Assembly (NCBI GenBank): GCA_964344705.1
Contig: CAYFOG010000002.1
Coordinates: forward strand, 25,502 to 89,501
Direction of reading: 5' to 3'
Origin: Candidatus Woesearchaeota archaeon
GTDB taxonomy: Archaea > Nanobdellota > Nanobdellia > UBA10117 > ARS21
Length of the DNA: 64,000 nucleotides
Under the pieces are notes generated by a model. It saw only the letters and a list, made by a program, of their open reading frames with translations. It ran no database searches and had not been told where the DNA came from. This document shows, in pieces, positions 18,118 through 26,800 of the stretch; position 1 is the first letter of the stretch; each line of letters begins with the position of its first letter. Made by a program: the position numbers and the translations under genes.

Positions 18118-18378
18118 CTATTTGTTATGCTTCCGCTTTGCGCTTGAAGCTCTTCCTCGAACTGATTTTGGAGCAAGTTTTGAAAGATTTACTCCTTTCA
18201 TGAAACCGAATCGTCTTTTAGATTGCCATGAAAATCTTCGAATGCCTTTAGTTGCACCGAATCCGCAAGATGCGCATTCTTTGTGTTGTGCATGATAAGT
18301 GTGTTGACCACAACGTCTACAGATTACGTGTGTCTTTTTTCCCGATCGTTTACCTTTGGATGGTGTTCCTTTTGACAT
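18118..18378 (-). CDS. rpl37e: Ribosomal protein L37e (with basic C-terminal extension)
   Basis: [40 protein letters not shown] carries the C4 zinc ribbon and the KTHxxCRRCG signature of L37e. Confidence 0.8.
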   Translation of the reverse strand: MSKGTPSKGKRSGKKTHVICRRCGQHTYHAQHKECASCGFGATKGIRRFSWQSKRRFGFMKGVNLSKLAPKSVRGRASSAKRKHNK

Positions 18379-18411
18379 GGTATGAGTTATTTAGTTTCTT
18401 TAAAAAATTAT

Positions 18412-18609
18412 CTAATTGATGTAAGTTACCATATCTCCTCTTACGAAGATTTGGCCAATCTTATCTGCTCCGGAAGTTGTTTCACTTAATACGATATTTG
18501 TGTGGATATCAAAAGCTTCTAACTTTCCTTTCAATTTTGTTCCATCCTTAAGCAAAACGTTTACTTCTTTTCCCTTAAGGGTGTTTAATGCGTCTAGTGG
18601 TCGTTCCAT
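18412..18609 (-). CDS. Sm-like archaeal protein (SmAP/LSm)
   Basis: PLDALNTLKGKEVNVLLKDGTKLKGKLEAFDIHTNIVLSET...IFVRGDMVTYI matches the Sm1/Sm2 fold pattern. The L37e-LSm pairing is conserved in archaea. Confidence 0.8.
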   Translation of the reverse strand: MERPLDALNTLKGKEVNVLLKDGTKLKGKLEAFDIHTNIVLSETTSGADKIGQIFVRGDMVTYIN

Positions 18610-18659
18610 GGTTGTGTATTAATGGAAACGTATTTAAACCCTTTTCTATAGTTAGGTTT

Positions 18660-19040
18660 ATGGCAAAATCAAGTGTCAGATCACGAAGAAAAGCAACAGG
18701 TGGACGATACAGCAAGATGTATCGTAAAAAGAAAGTTCGTGATATGATGGGTGCGCCAATTCTTACAAAAATCTCTGCTGAACTTAAATCTAAAGTTAGA
18801 CGAGTTCGTGGCGGAAACCAAATTAATTCATTAATTGGAGCAACTCATGCAAATGTTAGTGATGGAAAAAAGACTAAGAAGGTAAAAATAAAGACTGTTT
18901 TGGAGAATCCGGCAAGTCGACACTTTGTTCGACAAAACGTTGTTACTCTTGGTTCAATTATTGATACTGATGCAGGTAAAGCAAAAGTTACTTCAAGACC
19001 TTCAAAAGACAATGTGGTTAATGCTGTTTTGGTTAAATAA
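18660..19040 (+). CDS. rps8e: Ribosomal protein S8e
   Basis: Start at the internal Met 18660 (MAKSSVRSRRKATGGRY...). RRKATGGR and VRRVRGGN match the S8e signatures. The ORF track's upstream start at 18588 would overlap the LSm gene. Confidence 0.8.
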   Translation: MAKSSVRSRRKATGGRYSKMYRKKKVRDMMGAPILTKISAELKSKVRRVRGGNQINSLIGATHANVSDGKKTKKVKIKTVLENPASRHFVRQNVVTLGSIIDTDAGKAKVTSRPSKDNVVNAVLVK

Positions 19041-19057
19041 ATTCTTTTATAGTTTTT

Positions 19058-19633
19058 ATGAACGTTTTAGATATGACTCTATCTGATAGAACGATTAAGG
19101 AATATTTGGATTCTGGAAAAATAGTTATTGATCCTGTTGAGGATAATCAAATTCAACCTGCTTCTGTAGATTTGACTCTGGACTCTAATTTTTTGATTGT
19201 TGATGATTTGTCGAAGGAATTAATCTCAATGACTGATGAGATTAAATATCGCAAACTTGAGTCTGGTTCTATTGTAATTCCTGCCAAATCTTTTATCTTG
19301 GCTACAACGCGTGAGAGGATTAAGCTTCCGAATGATTTGGTTGCTTTTGTTGAGGGACGTAGTTCCATTGGCAGAATGGGCCTATTTGTTCAGAATGCCG
19401 GTTGGATTGACCCAGGATTTGAAGGGCAGATTACTCTTGAATTGTTTAATGCGAATCAAGTTCCTATTAGAGTTGATGCGGGGCGCCGGATTTGTCAGTT
19501 AGTATTTTCCAATCTAGATAAACCTGTAGATAAACCTTATTCAGGTAAATACAAAGGTCAGAAAGGAACAACTGGAAGTCGTGTTTATTTAGATGAGGAA
19601 CTTCAAGCTGAATTGGATGCTGGGACTCTGTAA
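19058..19633 (+). CDS. dcd: dCTP deaminase (dUTPase-superfamily)
   Basis: ASVDLTL, the RxxLP segment RERIKLPNDLVAFVEGRSS, and GWIDPGFEGQITLEL are characteristic of Dcd. Confidence 0.85.
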   Translation: MNVLDMTLSDRTIKEYLDSGKIVIDPVEDNQIQPASVDLTLDSNFLIVDDLSKELISMTDEIKYRKLESGSIVIPAKSFILATTRERIKLPNDLVAFVEGRSSIGRMGLFVQNAGWIDPGFEGQITLELFNANQVPIRVDAGRRICQLVFSNLDKPVDKPYSGKYKGQKGTTGSRVYLDEELQAELDAGTL

Positions 19634-19672
19634 TTTAGGTATTCTTTTAAATTTAGAACTATCGAGAAATGT

Positions 19673-20845
19673 ATGACCAAACCTCAAGATTCAATTGGCG
19701 CAGATGAATTTTATTATGAAATCCGCGTTGTTGGAGATTCAAATATATTTGGGCAGCACGAGAACGGTGGTAGCGAGGGACTCGCAAGCATAAGAAATAT
19801 TCTTTATTCTGAAGTCGGTAAATCTAATGTAAAGTCTCACACACATTCTGAGCCACCTTACTGGAAAATTAAAGTCAGACCCATACATCTTGATGGATTC
19901 AAAACCTTTGTCAGTGGTCAAAATGGCTTAACTCTTGAGGAAGAAATATTTCAATTTAAAGGAATCTCTATCAAAACTCCTGCTTTGAAACAGCATTTGC
20001 TGGCTTCTGAAAATCGTGTTGATTCGCTATCTGAGCGAAATGATGATTTGATTTCTAAACTGGAAAATATAGAGTCTGAATATTCTGAACTCAAAGAAGA
20101 ATATTCTCAATTGGAAAAAGAACATTCAAATGTTGAAAGAAAATTATCTGAGGCTCGTCAAGCAGCTAATATTCCCGCGCATGTTGTTCCGATAGATAAT
20201 TCTGACAAAGAGCGAGTATCAAATTTGTTAAGTAAAGTTAGAGAATTGGAAGGAAGACTTGATAACGCCAAGAAACTGGACAGAAACATTTCAAAATTCT
20301 TTAGATATGATATTAGTCATACTGAAGGAATGATTGAAGCACAGAAATTATATTCTGCTACTGGAACTGACGTTAATCAGAAAGATTTGGAATATTATAC
20401 TCCCAAAGAAATACTGAAAAATAATTTTGGATATTCTTCAATCAAAAAATTAGTTAGAGAAAAGGAGCGACTTGAAATGAGAATCTCACCGATTTGGAAT
20501 TTCACTGCTGATGAGCGAATTAGTATTACTATCAATGATATTCCTTTGGATGAATTCCTTGAAAATTGTGGTCACTTCTTTGATGAGACATCTCCAGAAT
20601 ATATAATCAGTCGCGAACGAACTCAGCTGTTTGGAAAGGATTTTGGGAATCGTCTTAGAGATCATTTCTCAGCAATCCGATCTTTAGAAGAAAGAAGTGA
20701 AGATTATAATGAACTCCGGGAAGAAGTGGTGCGGCTTGAAAGAATTAGATTGGCTTACGAGCAACACTCTGATGCTCAGGCTTCAAAAAAGGATAGAGAT
20801 AGATTTGCTGCAAGAGTGCATAAGAGGTTGAATCGAGATGGATAA
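19673..20845 (+). CDS. Hypothetical coiled-coil protein (390 aa)
   Basis: Long heptad region NRVDSLSERNDDLISKLENIESEYSELKEEYSQLEKEHSNVERKLSEARQ. No enzymatic motif. Confidence 0.5.
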   Translation: MTKPQDSIGADEFYYEIRVVGDSNIFGQHENGGSEGLASIRNILYSEVGKSNVKSHTHSEPPYWKIKVRPIHLDGFKTFVSGQNGLTLEEEIFQFKGISIKTPALKQHLLASENRVDSLSERNDDLISKLENIESEYSELKEEYSQLEKEHSNVERKLSEARQAANIPAHVVPIDNSDKERVSNLLSKVRELEGRLDNAKKLDRNISKFFRYDISHTEGMIEAQKLYSATGTDVNQKDLEYYTPKEILKNNFGYSSIKKLVREKERLEMRISPIWNFTADERISITINDIPLDEFLENCGHFFDETSPEYIISRERTQLFGKDFGNRLRDHFSAIRSLEERSEDYNELREEVVRLERIRLAYEQHSDAQASKKDRDRFAARVHKRLNRDG

Positions 20846-21257
20846 ATTTAAACAGGATTTGGAATACTTCGTATCTGGAGAAGGTAGAACAGATATTGAT
20901 AATCTGATTGAACTAAGAAATAATTTGTTAATTAACCCTGCAGACTTGAGAATTAGTTTGTCTGATCTTGTTGTTTTTGATATCGAAAATATGACGGTTC
21001 ATTATTCTCCAAATCGTGATTTTGACGGGGGAGGAGATATGGCGTACTCTTTGTGTACTGATCACAATGGACGACTTTCTAGGGAAATGGAGGTCTGGCT
21101 GATATTGGATGATTGGATAAATTATGTTGAATCAACGCCAGAAGAAGTCTATACTTTCCTTGAAGACCATGAAGTTCGGCCTGCGGATTTGAGAATGACA
21201 ATCGAGGGGCGTATTGCTGAAATTTATTCAAAACAGCGTGGCGATTCTGAGGAATAA
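20838..21257 (+). CDS. Hypothetical acidic protein (139 aa)
   Basis: Overlaps the upstream gene by 8 nt on the same strand, so probably co-transcribed. Confidence 0.45.
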   Translation: MDKFKQDLEYFVSGEGRTDIDNLIELRNNLLINPADLRISLSDLVVFDIENMTVHYSPNRDFDGGGDMAYSLCTDHNGRLSREMEVWLILDDWINYVESTPEEVYTFLEDHEVRPADLRMTIEGRIAEIYSKQRGDSEE

Positions 21258-21294
21258 ACAACAAGTTTTTAAACCAATCAGATAAACTAATCGT

Positions 21295-21555
21295 ATGAAA
21301 GCAGTTATTTCAAATTACAGAGGATCACACAACACTCAAGTTAATAATCAGATGATTGTTATTCCTGAAGGTGTTTCTACTCGGGAAGATGCTGCAAAGC
21401 TTGAAGGTAAGAAAGCAGTCTGGATGACTCCTTCTGGAAAGAAAATTGAAGGAATTGTTACAAAACCTCACGGAAACAAAGGCGCTGTTAGAGTACGATT
21501 TGATCAAGGCGGACTACCTGGACAAGCACTTGGAACTTCTTTAGAAATTCAATAA
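21295..21555 (+). CDS. rpl35ae: Ribosomal protein L35Ae
   Basis: KKAVWMTPSGKKIEGIVTKPHGNKGAVRVRFDQGGLPGQALGTSLEI aligns with eukaryotic L35A [31 protein letters not shown]. Confidence 0.75.
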   Translation: MKAVISNYRGSHNTQVNNQMIVIPEGVSTREDAAKLEGKKAVWMTPSGKKIEGIVTKPHGNKGAVRVRFDQGGLPGQALGTSLEIQ

Positions 21556-21675
21556 AATCCATAACGCTTTTATGTGAGTATTATGACTTGAAACTGTACC
21601 TATAGAAAATTATAGTATTACTTCTCAGGGATAACACATCGATAAACTTTTAAAGAAAAATAGGATTTAATTAGT

Positions 21676-21981
21676 ATGGTCAAACGAGTTAAATTCGAAG
21701 ACAAGTTAGCAGTAATTCGTGTAAAAAAGACCTATGCTGCGCCGTTTTTGAAGTATAAGTACGTTTATTTGAAGAGAAAGGACATTTCTACAAGAAATAA
21801 GTTCAAAGGATTAATCGATAATGTCTGTCAAAGCTGGCCATCAGATGTTTATATGTTAAAACACCCTACTGGAAAAGTTTTTGCTCGATTTAGAGTTTCT
21901 GAAGGTAAAATGACTTTATTGTACAAAACATCTCCTGCAACTGGAAATTTATACCCAATTTGGGATTATTTTAAAGAGTAA
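21676..21981 (+). CDS. Hypothetical small protein (101 aa)
   Basis: ORF. No motif recognised. Confidence 0.35.
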   Translation: MVKRVKFEDKLAVIRVKKTYAAPFLKYKYVYLKRKDISTRNKFKGLIDNVCQSWPSDVYMLKHPTGKVFARFRVSEGKMTLLYKTSPATGNLYPIWDYFKE

Positions 21982-22012
21982 TTGATTTAAATGCTCTTGA
22001 CAATTTGTTCTC

Positions 22013-23092
22013 ATGGAGTTAATCAAAATTACTGAAGGAAAGAGTAAATTATGGGTTCCTGATGCTGAGAAATACAAGTTAGACTCCAAAATGCCGGTTT
22101 TCTTTAATCCAGTTATGCGTCTTAATCGAGATATTACTGTTGATGTTGTAAAGACTCTTGACAAGCCTAAATCGTTGGATTTATTGGCTGGAACTGGCGC
22201 AAAAGGAATTAGATTGGCTGTTGAAGCTGGATCAAAAGTTGATTTGAATGATGCTAATCCTTCTGCGTTCAAGTTGATTAAAAGGAATGCTAAACTGAAT
22301 AAAGTTGATGTTGAAGTGTTTAATGACAGCGCGAATAAATTTCTGAGAAAATCTAGGCGAACTTATGATTTTATTGATGTTGATCCATTTGGAACACCCG
22401 TTCCTTTCTTACAGGAAAGCATAGCGCATCTGAGAAAAGGTGGAATAATTGGTGTAACTGCAACGGACACTTCTGCTCTTTGCGGAACTTATCCAAAAGC
22501 TTGTATAAGAAAATATGAATCTTTGAACAGGAAAACTCAAATGATGTTTGAAATTGGAACTCGAATTTTGATAAAAAAGGTTGTAGCTGATGGTTTGAAT
22601 ATGAGTGTTGCTTTGGAGCCGGTTTTCGTTCATAGCTCAAATCATTACATGCGAGTTTATCTTCGACGTGTTGAAAACTTGAAAAAAGTCCGAAAGAATT
22701 TGAAATTTTTGTTCCTTTGTCCGAATTGCTTTACTTGGAAATTTGAAAAGTCTATGCCTGAAACAAAAGTAAGATGTGGTTGTGGAACTTACAGCGAAGT
22801 TCTTGGTCCGATTTGGACTGGAAGTTTGTACGACAAGAAATTGTTGAAGCAAATGTCTGATTCAAATAAAACTGTTCAGAAGATTAAGGATGAAATTGAT
22901 GTGTTTGGATATTATGATTATCACTTGATGTCAAAGAAACTTGAGGATGTTGGAGAACTACCTAAGATGGATGTTCTTATTGAAAAAATTCGTAAGAAAG
23001 GTTTCAAAGCCAGCAGGACTCATTTCTCTCCGACTGGAATTAAAACTGATTTACCGGCTAAGAGTTTTCTGAGATTACTTTATTTTCGGTAG
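22013..23092 (+). CDS. trm1: tRNA (guanine26-N2)-dimethyltransferase Trm1
   Basis: Rossmann SAM-binding region DLLAGTGAKGIRLAVEAG ... IDVDPFGTPVPF. C-terminal Cys cluster CPNC...CGCG. Length 359 aa fits archaeal Trm1. Confidence 0.75.
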   Translation: MELIKITEGKSKLWVPDAEKYKLDSKMPVFFNPVMRLNRDITVDVVKTLDKPKSLDLLAGTGAKGIRLAVEAGSKVDLNDANPSAFKLIKRNAKLNKVDVEVFNDSANKFLRKSRRTYDFIDVDPFGTPVPFLQESIAHLRKGGIIGVTATDTSALCGTYPKACIRKYESLNRKTQMMFEIGTRILIKKVVADGLNMSVALEPVFVHSSNHYMRVYLRRVENLKKVRKNLKFLFLCPNCFTWKFEKSMPETKVRCGCGTYSEVLGPIWTGSLYDKKLLKQMSDSNKTVQKIKDEIDVFGYYDYHLMSKKLEDVGELPKMDVLIEKIRKKGFKASRTHFSPTGIKTDLPAKSFLRLLYFR

Positions 23093-23469
23093 ACTGGCCA
23101 AGCATGTTCTGTTACTTCACCTGTTACTAAGTCAAAAGATTTTGAATCTACATGATGAATTGAGTCTATAAGTCTTGATAAATCTGAATCCCTTGGGAAT
23201 CTTGGATCTAAATCGCCAGTGGATTCTGGAAGTTGACGTCTGTCTGTTAAGTCTGCAAAAGCGTAATCTGATTTTCCGTTGCCCCAATCTTCTAAATTAT
23301 TTTGACCTTCTATAATTCTGGCTTGGAAATTATTCTTTGATTCTTTTTCTAAAATTACGGATATACAACTATCTGCTGCAGAATAATTTTCAAATGGTCC
23401 GTAGACTTTAGCATAGAAACCTATGTTTTGAGACCTAAATTCAAATGTTGCGTAAAATTCAGATTCCAT
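23080..23469 (-). CDS. Hypothetical protein (129 aa)
   Basis: ORF immediately downstream of tfb, with ATGA stop/start overlap at 23469. Confidence 0.4.
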   Translation of the reverse strand: MESEFYATFEFRSQNIGFYAKVYGPFENYSAADSCISVILEKESKNNFQARIIEGQNNLEDWGNGKSDYAFADLTDRRQLPESTGDLDPRFPRDSDLSRLIDSIHHVDSKSFDLVTGEVTEHAWPVYRK

Positions 23470-24446
23470 TATTCTTGAATTCTTAATTCTTCTTCAGGTT
23501 CTTCAGTTTGACCCATTGCTAATCTTTCCGCTTCTCGTTTAGCTTTTGCCTCTTCGATAAGACTGTCTAAGTTTAGCTTTTCAATCATTTCTTTGTACCT
23601 GTTTCGAATTGTAACTTCTGTTACTCCAACTACGTCTGCGATTTCTCTCTGAGTTCGTTTTTCTCCAGTAATTAGAGACGCTACATAAAGCGCTGCTGCT
23701 GCTAATCCTGTTGGACCTCGACCTGAAGTCAATTCAGAGCTTTGTGCAATTTCTAAAATCTTTTGAGCTTGTGTTTGTGTTTCTGCTGAGAAACCAAGCT
23801 TGTTTGCGAACTTTGGAATATATTCGCCTGCTCCGCTTGGAGACATCTTAATTCCTAATTCTCTTGCAATAAATCTGTAAGTCTTACCAACATCTCTCTT
23901 GTTGTTATTTGTTAGTTGACAAACTTCGTTCAATGAACGTGGAAGCTTGAATTGTCGTGAAGCGATGTAGATTGCTCCAACAACTACACATTCCATAGAA
24001 CGTCCTCGAACTAATCCTTTTTCTACAGCCATTCTGTAAATTCTAGCTGCTTCTTCCTCGATGGTTGGAGGAATATTTAGCAAGGATGAAATTCTCTTAA
24101 GGTCAGCTAAAGCGTACTTTAGGTTTCTTTCAAGAGATGTTGAAGATCGGTTGTGCCACTTTCTTAGTCGCAAATATTTTCTTCGATCTTTAACTGATAA
24201 TTTATACACTTCAGAACTTGTACCTACTTCCGTACCTGTTCCCATGTCGTGCTTAGCATAACTTGATGGTGCTCCAGACCGTCTTTCATTTTGACCTTCG
24301 CCTGAGAATTCTCTCCATTCTTGACCTTGATCGATCATGTTTTCGTCCATAACGAAACCACAGCTGTTACATACAACTTCACCACGTTTGTTGTCTACAG
24401 AAAGTTTAGCGCTTTTGCACTCCGGGCATGATTTTACAGTTACCAT
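23469..24446 (-). CDS. tfb: Transcription initiation factor TFB (TFIIB homolog) with acidic C-terminal extension
   Basis: N-terminal zinc ribbon CPECKSAKLSVDNKRGEVVCNSCGFV. B-finger/linker region. Two cyclin-fold repeats, including the RSMECVVVGAIYIASRQ segment. 325 aa. Confidence 0.9.
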   Translation of the reverse strand: MVTVKSCPECKSAKLSVDNKRGEVVCNSCGFVMDENMIDQGQEWREFSGEGQNERRSGAPSSYAKHDMGTGTEVGTSSEVYKLSVKDRRKYLRLRKWHNRSSTSLERNLKYALADLKRISSLLNIPPTIEEEAARIYRMAVEKGLVRGRSMECVVVGAIYIASRQFKLPRSLNEVCQLTNNNKRDVGKTYRFIARELGIKMSPSGAGEYIPKFANKLGFSAETQTQAQKILEIAQSSELTSGRGPTGLAAAALYVASLITGEKRTQREIADVVGVTEVTIRNRYKEMIEKLNLDSLIEEAKAKREAERLAMGQTEEPEEELRIQE

Positions 24447-24569
24447 TTTAAGTGTATTAACTCACCGATGGTACGACAAGCTTTATAAGTTTATACTCGG
24501 GCGCTTTTATAAAGGTTATGAAATGCTGTGTTTTGAGTGGGTTTTCGGTGTGCGTAAGCCATTAGCAAC

Positions 24570-24578
24570 TTTTATAAA
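24570..24578 (+). promoter_or_regulatory. TATA-box-like TTTTATAAA about 25-33 nt upstream of the S12 start codon (leaderless-type promoter)
   Basis: The same TTTTATAAA / CTTTATAAG elements recur at 24481-24489 and 24505-24513 in the divergent tfb-S12 intergenic region. Confidence 0.35.
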
Positions 24579-24602
24579 GCCATGCGAAAAAGGGATACGT
24601 AC

Positions 24603-25046
24603 ATGGGAAAGAAGTCTAGAGGACTAAATGCTGGAAAGAAATTAGCCAAGCGTAGACAAAAGTTCAAGTGGGCAGATAAGTGGTATACTCGTAGAGCTCT
24701 GGGACTTAAAGTTAAATCAGATCCTCTTAAGGGAAGCCCACAGGCGCGAGCGATTGTTCTTGAAAAAAGACAAGTAGAAGCTAAGCAACCTAATTCTGCT
24801 TTGCGAAAAGCTGCTCGAGTTCAATTAATTAAGAATGGGAGACAAGTTACAGTTTTCCTTCCAGGAAATCTTGCAAGTAAATTCATCGATGAACACGATG
24901 AAATTATGATTGAAGGAATGGGAGGTCACATGGGTAAATCTAAAGGTGACATTCCAAATATCAGATGGCAAGCATTCAAAGTTAATAGACAATCTCTACC
25001 TCAACTGGTAAAAGGTAAGGTAGAAAAGACAATTGGTAGAAAGTAA
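24603..25046 (+). CDS. rps12: Ribosomal protein S12 (S23e)
   Basis: Start at [37 protein letters not shown] is the conserved S12 core. Confidence 0.9.
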   Translation: MGKKSRGLNAGKKLAKRRQKFKWADKWYTRRALGLKVKSDPLKGSPQARAIVLEKRQVEAKQPNSALRKAARVQLIKNGRQVTVFLPGNLASKFIDEHDEIMIEGMGGHMGKSKGDIPNIRWQAFKVNRQSLPQLVKGKVEKTIGRK

Positions 25047-25047
25047 G

Positions 25048-25797
25048 ATGGCTGAAAAAACAACTAAGACAACAAAGGAAAAACCTGCTAAGGTTGAAGC
25101 AAAGCCAAAAGCTGAAAAGGTTGAAAAGCCAAAGAAGGAAACTAAGCCAAAGAAAATTATTGCTAAATTAAATCCTTTCCAACAAAATATCAAAGATATG
25201 AAAATGTTTGGAAGATGGACAACTCATGATGTTATTGTTTCAGATCCGGGTTTGAAGGCTTACATGAATCTTGATCCAGTATTGGTCCCAACTTCACTTG
25301 GTAGATTTACAGCAAAACAATTCTGGAAGTCTAAGAGACCAATTGTTGAAAGACTTATGATTAGAATGTTTGTTGCAGGACACAGAGGTAAGAAACACGT
25401 TCGAACTTCTGGACACATGACTGGAATGAAAGTTAATGCTTACAATGTTATAATCAAAACCTTTGAAATTCTTGAAGAGAAGACAAAAGGAAACCCTGTT
25501 CAAGCAGTTGTTGATGCTATTGAAGCAGCAGCACCTCGGGAAGGAATTACAACTATCGAATATGGTGGAGTAAGATATCCTCGTTCAGTTGACTTGAGTC
25601 CTCAAAAGCGAATTGATTTGGCTTTGAGATGGATTACTCAGGGAGCTTACGACAAAATGGTAAAATCAAAAGGTAAGAAGCGAATTGAACAAACTTTGGC
25701 AGAACAAATTCTGGCAACAATTAATTATGATCAACAAGCTTCATTTGCATACTCAAAGAAGTATGACTTAGAGCGACAAGCTAAGGCAGCAAGATAA
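25048..25797 (+). CDS. rps7: Ribosomal protein S7 (S5e) with Lys-rich N-terminal extension
   Basis: Start MAEKTTKT... two nt after the S12 stop. About 45-aa K/E/P-rich extension, then the S7 core FGRWTTHDV ... RMFVAGHRGKK ... AVVDAIEAAAPREG. Confidence 0.85.
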   Translation: MAEKTTKTTKEKPAKVEAKPKAEKVEKPKKETKPKKIIAKLNPFQQNIKDMKMFGRWTTHDVIVSDPGLKAYMNLDPVLVPTSLGRFTAKQFWKSKRPIVERLMIRMFVAGHRGKKHVRTSGHMTGMKVNAYNVIIKTFEILEEKTKGNPVQAVVDAIEAAAPREGITTIEYGGVRYPRSVDLSPQKRIDLALRWITQGAYDKMVKSKGKKRIEQTLAEQILATINYDQQASFAYSKKYDLERQAKAAR

Positions 25798-26330
25798 TGG
25801 CAAAAGAATTTAAGATGACGGTGGCGGTTGGAAATCCTGGAACTAAAAAGACCTATAAGGTTGAATTAGACCAAGCAGGAGCACAACCTTTGTTCGGTAA
25901 GAAAATTGGACAAGAATTCAACGGAGAATCTATCGGACTAGATGGTTACAAGTTGAAAGTTACTGGCGGTTCAGATCTTTCAGGTTTCCCAATGCGAAGA
26001 GATATTGAAGGAACTGGAAAGAGACGCGTTCTTTTGAATGTTGGTTCGCTTGGATTTAGAAGCCGAAGATATCACAGCATTCCTGAAGGAGAGGGTGCTA
26101 AGAAGAAGCTAAAGGAAACTCGAAAAGGTGAACGGAGACGAAAATCAATTCGTGGTAATACTATTTCTGACTCAATTAGACAAGTTAATTGTGTCGTTAC
26201 TAAAGCCGGTAAAGCAACTCCTGAAAAATTGCTTGGTTTAGAAGTTGAAGAAACTAAGCCCGAAGGTGAAGCAACTGAAGAAAAAGCTGAATCAAAGGAA
26301 GAAACTAAGCCTGAAGAAAAAGCTGAGTGA
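25797..26330 (+). CDS. rps6e: Ribosomal protein S6e with acidic C-terminal tail
   Basis: KVTGGSDLSGFPMRRDIEGTGKRRVLL and RKGERRRKSIRG match S6e. Start overlaps the S7 stop (TAATGG). Confidence 0.85.
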   Translation: MAKEFKMTVAVGNPGTKKTYKVELDQAGAQPLFGKKIGQEFNGESIGLDGYKLKVTGGSDLSGFPMRRDIEGTGKRRVLLNVGSLGFRSRRYHSIPEGEGAKKKLKETRKGERRRKSIRGNTISDSIRQVNCVVTKAGKATPEKLLGLEVEETKPEGEATEEKAESKEETKPEEKAE

Positions 26331-26419
26331 GCGCAAATACAATAAGGCGTTAATTCATTATAATAATTTTCGGTGTTTGTGTTGATAATTAATTTAAATC
26401 GGAAGGATAATCTTGTGTT

Positions 26420-26800
26420 ATGAAAACTCAGAGACTTCGTGTTAAAATTAGAGACTACTTAAAAGATAGACCTAGAAATACTGCTGAAATTATGGAGCAT
26501 ATAAATTCTACGTTGAGACATGGAACTACGTCTCAACAATTAGGAAATGTTTTGTCAAAGGATAAATATACTTTCAAACTTGGAGAGATTCGACGATCTG
26601 GACTTGTAGGTGGGGCATATGGAATTTGTGAATGGGGTACAAGTGACTGGATAATTCAATATCAGAATCCTGAAACTCCTTCTGAAATTGTTTATGAATC
26701 TCCGGACGGAGTTTCAATAACTTACTCTTTGAGTGAGAGTGATGTTGATAGAATTAGAAATTTAGAAGAAGAAAAATCCTTGGATGATTTTACAGTTTAA
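26420..26800 (+). CDS. Hypothetical protein (126 aa)
   Basis: ORF convergent with aIF5B, overlapping it by 4 nt. Confidence 0.4.
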   Translation: MKTQRLRVKIRDYLKDRPRNTAEIMEHINSTLRHGTTSQQLGNVLSKDKYTFKLGEIRRSGLVGGAYGICEWGTSDWIIQYQNPETPSEIVYESPDGVSITYSLSESDVDRIRNLEEEKSLDDFTV

